The notes: generated by a model from the sequence alone, not told the origin. A stretch of 53,571 nt of DNA from Macrostomum lignano (GCA_002269645.1 NIVC01001440.1:1-53571); one strand, 5' to 3'. Shown: positions 11,850 through 37,664, counted from the first letter of the stretch. Program-made: numbers and translations.

Positions 11850-12775
11850 TGACCCGTGTCCTCATATGACCCTCCCGTGTTCTCATTTTACCTCCTCTGC
11901 ACCTAAACTATCCCGTGTCTTCACTTGACCTATCCCGTGTCCTCACTTGACCTATCCCGTGTCCTCACTTGACCTATTCCGTGTCCTCAGTTGACCTATT
12001 CCGTGTCCTCAGTTGACCTATCCCGTGTCCTCACTTGACCTATCCCGTGTCCTCACTTGACCTATCCCGTGTCCTCACTTGACCCATCCCGTGTCCTCAG
12101 TTGACCTATCCCGTGTCCCCAGTTGACCTTTCCCGTGTCCTCAGTTGACCTATCCCGTGTCCTCACTTGACCTATCCCGTGTCCTCACTTGACCCATCCC
12201 GTGTCTTCACTTGACCTATCCCGTGTCCTCAGTTGACCTATCCCGTGTCCTCAGTTGACCTATCCCGTGTCCTCAGTTGACCTTTCCCGTGTCCTCAGTT
12301 GACCTATCCCGTGTCCTCACTTGACCTTTCCCGTGTCCTCACTTGACCTATCCCGTATCCTCACTTGACCTATCCCGTGTCCTCACTTGACCTATCCCGT
12401 GTCCTCACTTGACCTATCCCGTGTCCTCAGTTGACCTATCCCGTGTCCTCAGTTGACCTATCCCGTGTCCTCAGTTGACCTTTCCCGTGTCCTCAGTTGA
12501 CCTATCCCGTGTCCTCAGTTGACCTTTCCCGTGTCCTCAGTTGACCTATTCCGTGTCCTCACTTGACCTATCCCATGTCCTCACTTGACCCATCCCGTGT
12601 CTTCACTTGACCTATCCCGTGTCCTCAGTTGACCTATCCCGTGTCCTCAGTTGACCTTTCCCGTGTCCTCAGTTGACCTTTCCCGTGTCCTCACTTGACC
12701 TATCCCGTATCCTCAGTTGACCTATTCCGTGTCCTCACTTGACCTATCCCGTGTCCTCACTTGACCCGTGTCCTT
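11850..12775. repeat. Minisatellite, 22-bp unit, about 40 copies
   Basis: ttgacctatcccgtgtcctcac. Confidence 0.97.
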
Positions 12776-13302
12776 ACCTCATAGTTATCATCACTTAACC
12801 CTTATCCTCATCGCGCCCGTGCCTTTAGGCTGTTGCCCTCCTAATTCATCCAGCGCGCTAAGTAGTATTTTATTGACTTTAATCTTAATATTAATTGCGA
12901 TTCGCCTAAACTATTTCCGCAAATGTTACACACACGCGTTTCAATGAGTTGAGCATTTCTGGAATTCGCTTTTAGTTGCTAAGTGCAAGTTGTTTTGGTT
13001 TCAGCAATGCCTGTTCCGTGATTGTCTGCTTTCGCGGCTGTTAGTTGAAAATATATCTAATTTTCTTGGCACAATCATGCCTGCAGCATGCAAGTCTAAC
13101 TCTTTGTTTTGTTGACATCATAAATATTTCAAGTCGCTATTTCTCATTGTTTCACTTTTTCGACTTAGACACCTAAATGTCTACTTACAAGTAGAATATT
13201 AGGGCTTGATTTTCTACAAATGCGAAAGGTCATTTGACCCGGCAGGAACTCGTATTGGGGTCTTGAAAGTTCGGTATGAGATAGTACGAGTTGACTGAGA
13301 TC

Positions 13303-14080
13303 ACGGTCAGGTGAGGACACTGGATCTGGTGAGGTCACGGGGTCAGGTGAGGACACTGGATCTGGTGAGGTCACGGGGTCAGGTGAGGACACTGGATCTG
13401 GTGAGGTCACGGGGTCAGGTGAGGACACTGGATCTGGTGAGGTCACGGGGTCAGGTGAGGACACTGGATCTGGTGAGGTCACGGGGTCAGGTGAGGACAC
13501 TGGATCTGGTGAGGTCACGGGGTCAGGTGAGGACACTGGATCTGGTGAGGTCACGGGGTCAGGTGAGGACACTGGATCTGGTGAGGTCACAAGGTAAGGT
13601 GAGGACACTGGATCTGGTGAGGTCACGGGGTCAGGTGAGGACACTGGATCTTGTGGGGTCAGGTGAGGACACTGGATCTTGTGGGGTCACGGGGTCAGGT
13701 GAGGACACTGGATCTGGTGAGGTCACAAGGTAAGGTGAGGACACTGGATCTGGTGAGGTCACGGGGTCAGGTGAGGACACTGGATCTTGTGGGGTCAGGT
13801 GAGGACACTGGATCTTGTGGGGTCACGGGGTCAGGTGAGGACACTGGATCTGGTGAGGTCACGGGGTCAGGTGAGGACACTGGATCTGGTGAGGTCACAA
13901 GGTAAGGTGAGGACACTGGATCCGGTAAGTTCACAGGGTCAGGTGAGGACACTGGATCTGGTGAGGTCACGGGGTCAGGTGAGGACACTGGATCTGTTGA
14001 GGTCACGGGGTCAAATAAGGACACTGGATCTGTTGAGGTCACGGGGTCAAATAAGGACACTGGATCTGATGAGGTCACAT
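13303..14080. repeat. Minisatellite, 36-bp unit, about 21 copies
   Basis: ggtcaggtgaggacactggatctggtgaggtcacgg. Confidence 0.97.
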
Positions 14081-14904
14081 GACATGATCCAAGTGCATTA
14101 ATTAGTCAGTAATTTGTCCAACTACCTCTGCAATGTGTGTCCTGGCTCAAGCGGCAGTATTCTGCCCATTTCACTCTAATCATGGCGAGAGAAGAGTCAT
14201 GAAACCAGACAGTTTCAGTATTTATCCGACAGTTGCTATCGCCCAACTTTTTCATGCTATTGTTATAGTTGGATTCCCAGGTCAGACACGCGTGGATCAA
14301 AGCTAAAGTTTTAAGCGATTGCACGTATTTGCTCAGGTTTTCCATTAGGAACACTAAGGAGATTGCGGACAAATTCTGAAGTCGCTCCAGATCCTGTTTT
14401 TGCATTTGGTATTGTAGAGTTAGTGGAGAAGCTTAAGCAAGCTTGGCAGTTGTTTGCAGCTCACATTGGCCTCGCTTCACTACCCTCTGGGATGCCTATT
14501 GGAACTCACTCGTGCCACATTCACTTCTGACTGGGAGCTGCAGCTGGGATCGGGGGGGGGGGGCTTCCGTTACTGACACGCTTATTATCAGTCTCGGAGG
14601 CAAGATATTGCAAGGGATGCAAGCCCCGCTGCTGAGGCCAAGGCGAAGCGATATTTAAGCCGGCCTTCTGTCACTCATTTTTCTGTTATTATTTTCTTAG
14701 AAAGTTTCCGTTGCCTCGGTATTGATTGGCAGAACTGAGTTGCTGTTGGTTGCTAACGGAAAGCGGCAGAGCAATAATTCTGCTGCCGCGAACCCCCTTT
14801 TATCCATGCCTCTCGTTCATTTACTGTTGGCTTGGAAACATCGCTGCGGTTGGTTCAGTCTACGATCGCTGCGAAACCGATGGGTAGTGAAGATAAATTC
14901 TGTC

Positions 14905-15583
14905 TTAGTGTCTGCCTGCCTGTCTTAGTGTCTGCCTGCCTGTCTTAGTGTCTGCCTGCCTGTCTGCCTGTCTGCCTGCCTGTCTGCCTGCCTGTCTGCC
15001 TGCCTGTCTGCCAGCCTGTCCGCCTGCCTGTCTGCCAGCCTGTCTGCCTGCCTGTCTGCCAGCCTGTCTGCCTGCCTGTCTGCCAGCCTGTCTGCCTGCC
15101 TGTCTGCCAGCCTGTCTGCCTGCCTGTCTGCCTGCCTGTCTTAGTGTCTGTCTGCCTGTCTGTCTGCCTGCCTGTCTGCCTGCCTGTCTGCCTGCCTGTC
15201 TGCCTGCCTGTCTGCCTGCCTGCCTGTCTTAGTGTCTGCCAGCCTGTCTGCCAGCCTGTCTTAGTGTCTGTCTGCCTGCCTGTCTGCCTGCCTGTCTGCC
15301 TGCCTGTCTGCCTGTCTTAGTGTCTGCCAGCCTGTCTGCCTGCCTGCCTGTCTTAGTGTCTGCCAGCCTGTCTGCCAGCCTGTCTTAGTGTCTGTCTGCC
15401 TGCCTGCCTGCCTGTCTGCCTGCCTGCCTGTCTGCCTGCCTGTCTGCCTGCCTGTCTGCCTGCCTGTCTGCCTGCCTGTCTGCCTGCCTGTCTGCCTGCC
15501 TGTCTGCCTGCCTGTCTTAGGTTCTGCCAGCCTGTCTGCCAGCCTGTCTTAGTGTCTGTCTGCCAGCCTGTCTTAGTGTCTGT

Positions 15584-15616
<33 letters not shown>

Positions 15617-15686
15617 TGCCTGCCTGTCTGCCAGCCTGTCTTAGTGTCTGTCTGCCTGCCTGTCTGTTTGTCTGCCTGTCTGTCTA

Positions 15687-15745
<59 letters not shown>

Positions 15746-15894
15746 TAGTGTCTGCCAGCCTGTCTGCCAGCCTGTCTTAGTGTCTGTCTGCCTGCCTGCC
15801 TGCCTGTCTGCCTGTCTGTCTGCCTGCCTGCCTGTCTGCCTGCCTGTCTGCCTGCCTGTCTGCCAGCCTGTCTTACTGTCTGTCTGCCTGCCTA

Positions 15895-15985
<91 letters not shown>

Positions 15986-16018
15986 GCCAGCCTGTCTGTC
16001 TGTCTTTCTGTCTGTCTA
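14905..16018. repeat. Compound (CTGC/CTGT)n microsatellite with ttagtgt interruptions
   Basis: Direct inspection. Confidence 0.96.
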
Positions 16019-16629
16019 TTTCTGTCGGTCCCAGAACCAACCAAATATTCAATCTTTCTGTTCCTCACTCTGCCATCCTCTTTCCCTTTCATCACTCTCT
16101 AACTTCCTTCCTCAAAGGAGTCTTCAGGCAACAAGTCATCGGAAAAATACGAGCTAGGTTGTACTTCTCCGTCCTGAATACAAAAATTATAATTTACAGT
16201 TGGAGCAGTTAAAAGTCAATTACAAAAAAAGCCACCCAATAAAAGTTGCTTTCTGACCACCTGCCCGCGCTGGCTTTGATTAACCTTTGCGACTGGGAGA
16301 AATTGGGGGGGGGATTCAGTCTGAGCGGCTCAGCAGGCAGCCGCACACGGGGATCACGGCAGTGTTGCGTCTGCAGCGCACATTTCACTTTTGGGCCGCA
16401 AATAGTGCGACATGTGACTTGTAGAGAGACCACAGGGACAGACCGAGACAGATATTTTTTATTCTCTTTCATTATCTTTATCAGTCTGCCGTTTTCCCTT
16501 CTGTCTCTCTCTCTCTATCTCTCTCTCCCTCTCTCCCTCTTCCTCTCTTCACTCTATCTCTTGAACTCTCTGACGAAGCGCCCAGAGGCTTGAAGTAGCC
16601 AATAATTTTAGAACTCAATACGCCGTGAC

Positions 16630-16840
16630 CTCTCACTCTCTCACACACACTCTCTCTCTCTCTCACTCTCACACACTCTCTCTCTCTTCACTCTCTCTCT
16701 CACTCTCTCACACACACTCTCTCTTCACTCTCTCTCTCACTCTCTCACACACTCTCTCTCTTCACTCTCTCTCTCTTTCTCACTCTCTCACACACACACA
16801 CACTCTCTCTCTATCTCTCTCTCTCACTCTCTCACACACA

Positions 16841-16879
<39 letters not shown>

Positions 16880-17862
16880 TCACACACTCTCTATTCATTC
16901 TCTCTCTCTCTTTCTCACTCTCTCACTCTCTCACACACACACACTCTCTTCTTTCTCTCTCTCTCTCACTCTCTCACACATACTCTCTCTCTCACTCTCA
17001 CACACACTCTCTCTCTTCACTCTCTCTCTCTTTCTCACTCTCTCACACACACACACTCTCTTTTCTCTCTCCCTCTCTCTTCTTTCTCTCTCTCTCTCAC
17101 TCTCACACACACTTTCTCTCTTCTCTCTCTCTCTCACTCTCTCACACACACACTCTCTCTCTCTTCACTCTCTCTCTCTCTCACTCTCACACACACTCTC
17201 TCTCTTCACTCTCTCTCTCTTTCTCACTCTCTCACTCTCTCACACGCACAAACTCTCTTCTCTCTCTCCTCTCTCTTCTTTCTCTCTCTCTCTCACTCTC
17301 TCACACACACTCTCTCTCTCTTCACTCTCTCTCTCTCACTCTCACACACACACTCTCTCTTCACTCTCTCTCTTTCTCACTCTCTCACTCTCTCACACGC
17401 ACACACTCTCTTCTCTCTCTCCTCTCTCTTCTTTCTCTCTCTCTCTCACTCTCTCACACACACTCTCTCTCTCACTCTCACACACACTCTCTCTCTTCAC
17501 TCTCTCTCTCTCTCTTTCTCACTCTCTCACTCTCTCACACGCACACACTCTCTTCTCTCTCTCCTCTCTCTTCTTTCTCTCTCTCTCACTCTCTCACACA
17601 CACTCTCTCTCTCACTCTCACACACACTCTCTCTCTTCACTCTCTCTCTCTCTCTTTCTCACTCTCTCACTCTCTCACACACACACACACTCTCTTCTCT
17701 CTCTCCTCTCTCTTCTTTCTCTCTCTCTCTCTCACTCTCTCACACACACTCTCTCTCTCACTCTCACACACACTCTCTCTCTTCACTCTCTCTCTCTTTC
17801 TCACTCTCTCACTCTCTCACACACACACACACACACACTCTCTTCTCTCTCTCCCTCTCTCT

Positions 17863-17900
<38 letters not shown>

Positions 17901-18111
17901 TCTCTCTCTTTCTTTCTCTTTCTCTCTCTCTCTGTCTCTCTCTCTCTTTCTCTTTCTCTCTCTTTTTTTCTCTTTCTCTCTCTCTCTTTCTCTTTCTCTC
18001 TCTCTCTTTCTCTTTCTCTCTCTTTCTTTCTTTCTCTCTCTCTCCCTCTCTCTCTCCCTCTCTATCCCTCGCATTCTGCCCTGACGAAGAATATGCAATA
18101 TTGGAGGTGCC

Positions 18112-18153
<42 letters not shown>

Positions 18154-18175
18154 TCTCTTTCTCTCTCTCTTATTC
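16630..18175. repeat. Compound (CT)n/(CA)n low-complexity tract
   Basis: Direct inspection. Confidence 0.96.
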
Positions 18176-18545
18176 ACTCTCATAAACCGCACTCTCACTC
18201 TCCCTCTCCCGCAATCTGAAATATATTCTTACTTTGAGCGTAAAGCCACAGCCTTAAAAATTACCTTCCCCCATAGATATGCAGCAATTGTATGCGGATT
18301 TGTTAAACAAATTTTCGCACAGAAAGTTTATCGTCTTGTATTGCAAAAATGCTTTGGCTACCTGGCGATGGCTATGGAGCAGTTTTGGGACTCTTTATCA
18401 GCTGCATTGCAAATACTCTCCGTGGAGGGAATTCTGTTATTTGTATTAGACAAGAATTGTCAGGCTGTTCTTTAACTGGAAGGAGCGCTGTGCTTAGTTT
18501 AGTGGTACAGCTAGTGTTGCACTTGTGTATACGGAATTCATCATG

Positions 18546-18772
18546 GTAGGGGGTAGAGGGGTAGGGGAGAGGAATTAGAGGGGTAGGGAAGAAGTTAGAG
18601 GGGTAGGGGAGAGGTTAGAGGGGGTAGGGACGAGGTTAGAGGGGTAGGGGAGAGGTTAGAGGGGGTAGGGACGAGGTTAGAGGGGTAGGGGAGAGGTTAG
18701 AGGGGGTAGGGACGAGGTTAGAGGGGTAGGGGAGAGGTTAGAGGGATAGGGGAGAGGTTAGAGGGGTAGGGA
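18546..18772. repeat. G-rich minisatellite, about 20-21 bp unit
   Basis: gaggttagaggggtagggga. Confidence 0.93.
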
Positions 18773-20939
18773 AGCGATTCGAGGGGTGTTTAAGTAAAGA
18801 TCAGAATGGAAAAGGAGGCTAAAGGGGGCTTTGCAGCTGGGGTGGAGAGAATTGAACTTGCAAGTTCTCAACTCCAGCTTCCATCATCAGCTCAACCAGA
18901 GAGACTATCGAATCAGTGGGAGCAAATCAGCAGTTGCATGTTCAACTGTCTCCTGGGATCTGTTGGGGGATTTGAATACGAAATGGCCGCTCCGCGCGGA
19001 TGCAGCAGGATGACGCATGCAGGTGCGCTCGCGAACCGTAGAGAAGGTGATTAGGCATGTATTGGATTTCTCCGGGGCCAAGGGGAGCGGCGGCACGGGA
19101 TTAATAACGCACGGAGTGTGCTGTCGCTATCCGGGATTAGCGGGGAATTCGGCCTCGGGGAAATGCTTTGACTGGATGAGACGGTCCTGTCAGTCAGGGG
19201 GGTTTTGATTGAATATCGATATGGCGCGAGGCTCTGTGTTCGTCTTTTGTTTCGGTAATTTGGTTACTAACCCGGGGCGTTTGCTCCCAGGGCGTGCACT
19301 TGGCGCGTCAAATGCATTGGCGAGGTGGAAAGTCACTGCTGATGGCAACAAGGATGTGCCTAAGAAGTGCAATACAGCAGCGAAAGAAAAGTGCAAAGTA
19401 TTTCATCTAAAAAACAATTCAAACCGGAAATTGATTGATTGATTTCACCTGACTGCGCCTCAACTTCGGGAAATTGGTTGCGCAATGTCTGGTTAGAAGA
19501 GCAATTATTAATGCTATGAGAGTTCGCAGGAGGCACAAGCTCACATGGGGTGTACAGCGCCACTTTGACTTGTCAATTGTCGGGCATTTTACGCTTTTAC
19601 CTCTGAGCTGCTCCGCACCGCATGAATGTATGAGCTGCTAGCCAAGCAATCCATAGCCGCTACTCTCACTGATGGGCCTCTGCGGTACTCGTACAGCCGT
19701 ACTTTTTGAACTTCAAGGCAAGCACGTCTCCGTCGCTTGGAGACAAAAAATAGGGGGGGGGGGGTGATGCATGAATATTTAGCTATTCTGACTGATCACG
19801 CGCCTTACCTACGGTAAGACCTTCCTCTATAAGCATCTGCGAGTATATTGGAACTTATATCAGAATCACTTTATCTTCTGAATGTTCGGTAAATTTCAAT
19901 AATTTTTTGATTCAATTTTTTGCGTTGTTTATTTTCGCGGAATTCTTCAGTTTTTAAACAAAAAAACTTGGTCCGTCCCTATCGCGCCAGCACCAGCCGG
20001 GCAGCCTCGGCACCAGCTGATTGATTGCGCAGCGCATCGAGGCTCTTGAGCGATGAAAAATTAATGAGACTATTGGGCAAAGAGGCTGGCTGTGTGTGCG
20101 AAGTGCACGCCGCCCGATACGGACTGCAGGTCACTCTGTCGGCCTTGTGTTGACTCTGGCTGTGAAGCTGACCAGAGTAGGGAATTTGGAGTCGAATTTT
20201 CGTCATCAGTTTTTGTCTGCCCCTCTTTCTGCTTGTCATTCCACCCCGCCCCATCCCGCCCACGGGCCAGAGTCTCCCAGCATTTCATGAAGCTCTAGAC
20301 CAACGCTTGGCGTCTGGCTTTGCCGAGAATTTGCTGGCAATAAACAGCAGGCAGTGTGCCTGTAATTGGGTATTAAGCCTCTGTCGACATTTTTCGCTGG
20401 CGGAGATAAGGCAGAGGGGGATAAAGAGGGGGGGGGAGTGGGGAAGGCCAAGGAGAGCCCGAACCAGAGTGTGGAGTGGCTCTCTGCAGTGTTGCAGACT
20501 GGCAACTGTCAGGCCCCATGTTTAATAAATTCAAGCGATTGCCCAATGAGCTGCTGAATGCTTCGAGATTGGCGAGAATCTTCTGGAAGCTGAACAATAG
20601 GCAAAGTACATTGTGTTCTTAAAATTGATAAGAAAAGCAGAAAAGACAGAAAAACACGGTTGTTCTGCTCTAATTGAGCATTTTTAGCAGCCCCTATTGT
20701 GTCTTAACAATCCGCCACTTGGCCAAGAGTTTCCACTCCGGAGTCCTAGTAAAAGCTGTCCTTGTCCCTGTCAGGCCAGCGAATGGCGGGCGGGGTGTGC
20801 CCTGATCCTGGCAGCCAGGGGCGCCATTGGCAATGGGACAGTTGGAGGGGATCAAATCCTGACGAAAGGGAGGGGCCTTAATTCCCTCACCCTCCCTCCC
20901 AGCCCTGATCGCGATTGGCAGTAGAAAAGTGTTGAAAAG

Positions 20940-21046
20940 TCGCTGTTGCTGCTGCTGCTACTAGAAGAGATAAGCGAGAGAAAGACACAGAGAGAGAGCC
21001 AGCAACACAGCAATAGCAGCGCCGTCGCAAAGCAGAACCAGGAAAA
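20940..21046 (+). other. Probable non-coding 5' exon of the P2X gene (start approximate)
   Basis: Donor AAA|GTGAGT at 21047. A strong pyrimidine tract plus TAG acceptor at 23267 lies 34 nt before the P2X ATG. Confidence 0.45.
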
Positions 21047-21765
21047 GTGAGTGCCTCAAAGATGGAGATTTTCTAAGTTTAGCACAACTTTAGAGACAGC
21101 CAGGCTTTCATTCAAGCTGTAGCTCGTAGATGCAGATGACGCGGTATTGTTTATGGTTTAAATATAGAATGGCCTTCAATTTCAATGTGGCTTGATGAGT
21201 AACGATACTAAATTTAGTTATTTAAATGAATTGCTGACTACCTGTTGAAATTAAAGCACCTTATACATTTCTATGCGACATCAGCTAAAAACATTTCCTG
21301 TCATTTGTACTTGGCCGTCCCTGCTCACGCTGAGACATTCAAAGCGACTTGACTTATTATTGGCTTCTCAACTAAGCAACAATGCCACGCTGCCCCCCTG
21401 GGAACACTGGGAGCCTTTGGGAGCAGCTGGCTCACAGTGCTGCCCCCCTGCTGCTCCCGTTTCTTTTGAATGCAAGCCACACGCCCAAAAATAGCTTGAA
21501 TTTCGCTCTGCCCCTGCAATGCGAATCTAATTTTAATAGCGATTTCTGTTAGTGCCAGGGCAGGGGGATCAATTGGTTTCAGGGCTGGCTGGCTGGCCAC
21601 TTTCTTGTCATTGCCGGGCCGGGCGTGTCCACTCACTCACAGACCCGAATGACTTCTGCCGGCAGTTGCGCCGTTTGAAACTAGAGAAAACCTTAGCGGA
21701 GGAAAAGTTCAATGCCCACTTGAAACAATTTTTCAATTCTAAGCAGTATGGGTGTGGGCGACTTC

Positions 21766-22968
21766 AGATTAGCAATCATGTCAGATTAGCAATCATGTCA
21801 GATTAGCAATCATGTCAGATTAGCAGTCATGTCAGATTAGCAATCATGTCAGATTAGCAATCATGTCAGATTAGCAATCATGTCAGATTAGCAATGTTGT
21901 CAGATTAGCAATCATGTCAGATTAGCAATCATGTCAGATTAGCAATGATGTCAGTTTAGCAATCATGTCAGATTAGCAATCATGTCAGATTAGCAGTCAT
22001 GTCAGATTAGCAATGATGTCAGATTAGCAATCATGTCAGATTAGCAATCATGTCAGATTAGCAATCATGTCAGATTAGCAATCATGTCAGATTAGCAATC
22101 ATGTCAGATTAGCAATCATGTCAGATTAGCAATCATGTCAGATTAGCAATCATGTCAGATGAGCAATCATGTCAGATTAGCAATCATGTCAGATTAGCAA
22201 TCATGTCAGATTAGCAATCATGTCAGATTAGCAATCATGTCAGATTAGCAATCATGTCAGATTAGCAATCATGTCAGATTAGCAATCATGTCAGATTAGC
22301 AATCATGTCAGATTAGCAATCATGTCAGATTAGCAATCATGTCAGATTAGCAATCATGTCAGATTAGCAATCATGTCAGATTAGCAATCATGTCAGATTA
22401 GCAATCATGTCAGATTAGCAATCATGTCAGATTAGCAATCATGTCAGATTAGCAATCATGTCAGATTAGCAATCATGTCAGATTAGCAATCATGTCAGAT
22501 TAGCAATCATGTCAGATTAGCAATCATGTCAGATGAGCAATCATGTCAGATTAGCAATCATGTCAGATTAGCAATCATGTCAGATTAGCAATCATGTCAG
22601 ATTAGCAATCATGTCAGATTAGCAATCATGTCAGATTAGCAATCATGTCAGATTAGCAATCATGTCAGATGAGCAATCATGTCAGATTAGCAATCATGTC
22701 AGATTAGCAATCATGTCAGATTAGCAATCATGTCAGATTAGCAATCATGTCAGATTAGCAATCATGTCAGATTAGCAATCATGTCAGATTAGCAATCATG
22801 TCAGATTAGCAATCATGTCAGATTAGCAATCATGTCAGATTAGCAATCATGTCAGATTAGCAATCATGTCAGATTAGCAATCATGTCAGATTAGCAATCA
22901 TGTCAGATTAGCAATCATGTCAGATTAGCAATCATGTCAGATTAGCAATCATGTCAGATCAGAAATCA
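21766..22968. repeat. Minisatellite, 17-bp unit, about 70 copies
   Basis: gcaatcatgtcagatta; highly homogeneous. Confidence 0.98.
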
Positions 22969-23301
22969 TGTTTTCAGAATTAATAAATTTCGGCAAGTTC
23001 TCCGCAATTCATCTTATCATACAACGTACGTTGGACTCACGCGGACATGTAAAGCGATCCCTTTTTATCAGTTGAGCAGCGGCTGACACGGAGGTTGAGG
23101 GCCGCTAATTACGACTCCAGGCGCGGGTCTCCTGGGTCCTCTTTAGAGTTCTGAGGTCGGGCGGGTGGCTCTTATCGCTAGAGCGGATCAGCGGTTCTTT
23201 AATCCAAGCCTGAAATTCATTGAATGGCGGCAATTTGTGTTCCACCTCCTGCTGCTTCTTCTTTTAGAAGAGTAGACTGACTCATCTGGCCAGCCGTGAG
23301 G

Positions 23302-34816
<11,515 letters not shown>

Positions 34817-35004
34817 ATTCCAGCTGCAGTGTGAAGCAGCAATGCGACTTCATTGCTTTTGTAGATTTCCCATTTTACGCAACAGAAACACTCGTACCTG
34901 CTCCCATGGTCTCAAACCAGTTGTTACGTTTAGGGCATTGCTCTGCTGCATCCGTGTCCTCAGATGAGCTCGGCTGGTTAATTAAAGTACTGAATGACTT
35001 CAGT

Positions 35005-35215
35005 ATTCTGACTGCTCACGGACCCCCGTTTTGACTGACCCCCCCCCCCACACATTCTGACTGCTCACTGACCCCCAACATTCTGACTGCTTACTGACCC
35101 CCCACACATTCTGACTGCTTACTGACCCCCCACACATTCTGACTGCTTACTGACCCCCCACACATTCTGACTGCTCACTGACCCCCCACACATTCTGACT
35201 GCTCACTGACCCCCA
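35005..35215. repeat. Minisatellite, about 28-bp unit
   Basis: cacacattctgactgctcactgaccccc. Confidence 0.9.
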
Positions 35216-35673
35216 TTGTGTAGCTAGCAAAATGTATAAACCAATGCTTCGTTCTGTCAAGCATCATTTTCACACCTAGCTTTAGCATGGAGCAGAGCAC
35301 TGTGTGCTACAGCTTGCATCTCAACATCTTTAGTTGTCATGCTTAATGCCTCCAGAACTACTGACAATGCCTGCATTATACGTCGAAAGTGTGCATGAAA
35401 TTCGAATTTTAAAGTTTTCATTTGTCTAATACGATCGAACAGAATTGCTGGTTTATTCGAAGCGGGGGAACTGGAACATCGTGACATTTTTCATGTAATT
35501 TAGTTGATCTCTAACGAGAATTTAAACCACCTTTAAAATTAAAAAATTCTCTATGCTATAAATTTGAGTCATTGTTTGGCATCACGTGTTCAATATCCTA
35601 CTTCTCATTTCACTTAATATTATGCAGTGTCCTTTAAAATAGGAAATTAAATAATAGATTTATAATATAAATA

Positions 35674-36172
<499 letters not shown>

Positions 36173-36971
36173 TCACTAACAGCTCCTCCTTTCAATGGGT
36201 TAACCTTTAATCTTCTAAAAGGATTTCAGCTGCTGTGGGTCAGCAACACTTCTAGCCTGACTGACAGCCTGTCCCATGTCCCAGTTCACTATATTTATTT
36301 TTTATGGTCTTTGCTAATCCCGACCCTGTCTCGTCTTCATGCCGCCTTCCTGTCAACTGCATACCAAGTGAAGAAGTTTTTCTCCCAGTATCGTAGATCC
36401 CGAGAGGTTTTAAGTAAAGCCTCTAGGTGAAGTTTCCAGCTCTAAAACTCCCCGTGCACTTTTTTGAAGAATCTTTTGATGTCTCGCTGGGATCCAATTG
36501 GTCCGGCTGGGGCTGCCCAGTCCAAAATTCTTATAAAAGCTCCCCGCGGGAGGGGTCATCCAAAGCTCTCGAATTTCCTTTCTTCGGCATCAACCGATCC
36601 GACTTCCGTTTCGAATCCGCGAGAAACAAGTCTCAGATCAGAGTGCCGGTGGCCAGAAGAAGAAAAAGCAGAAGAAGAAGAAGTCCTGCCATTCAGCTTG
36701 GCCAGGACTGATATTCTGCAGAGGATAAATCTGTAAGACCACTGCATTCTCGTATATTGTTGAATGCGGACCTCTTTACTAGAAGCTACATGTCATACTG
36801 ATTACTCCAATAACAGAAATCAGACAGATCAGATCAAATAGATCTACCGGTATTCATTGCCTTTGCTGCTTCCAAAATGGCGAGGTATAAGTGGCTCTGT
36901 AGGGATGACAAATGCTTAACAGAAGACATGGCCGCTGCACACTAGGAGATACGGCAAGTGAGAGGATATGA

Positions 36972-37282
36972 GAGAGGAGAGGAGAGGAGAGGAGAGGAGA
37001 GGAGAGGAGAGGAGAGGAGAGGAGAGGAGAGAGGATAGGAAAAGAGAGAGGAGAGGAGAGGAGAGGAGAGGAGAGGAGAGAGGAGAGGAGAGAGGAGAGA
37101 GGAGAGGAGAGGAGAGGAGAGAGGAGAGAGGAGAGGAGAGGAGAGAGGAGACGAGAGGAGAGGAGAGAGGAGAGGAGAGGAGAGAGGAGAGGAGAGGAGA
37201 GGAGACAAGAGGAGAGGAGAGGAGAGAAGAGAGGAGGAGAGGAGAGGAGAGAGGAGAGAGGAGAGAAGAGGAGAGGAGAGCA
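36972..37282. repeat. (GGAGA)n purine tract
   Basis: Direct inspection. Confidence 0.96.
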
Positions 37283-37664
37283 AAGCGACAAAAAATTCGA
37301 AAGCGATAAAACAGAAGCAGAAAACTGTGACTAAGGGATGGCACAGAGGAAAACTGGGGCCGCCATCCAACCTCATGTTTGCTTTATAATTCGAACTCAC
37401 GGGAGCGGACAGCGCTCTCTTGCAGTTTCTCTCTCCCTGGCAGCGAGCGGGGAGATGAAGCTGAGAAAATCTCACAGCTAGTTTTAGGTGAATAAAATAT
37501 CTTATAGCTGACGGTATTGCAAAATTCTCTGCACCGTTGCTTTCAGCTCCCAGTGACTTTGCCTGACGTGTGAAGATTAGCATTCTATATGTAAAATTAA
37601 GCTGCCCATCCTGGATAAAGCATATTTTGATGAGTCTGCAGATCCCCTATAGCTGGATAGATCT

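Noticed and set aside
14106-14405. 99-aa minus-strand ORF
   Set aside because: It starts at a non-ATG codon and has no motif or splice support.
16625-18475. 616-aa ORF
   Set aside because: It is a CT/CA microsatellite translation with no splice or codon evidence.
18546-18772. Possible interstitial telomeric repeat
   Set aside because: It contains GGTTAG words but no tandem TTAGGG; the unit is about 20 bp.
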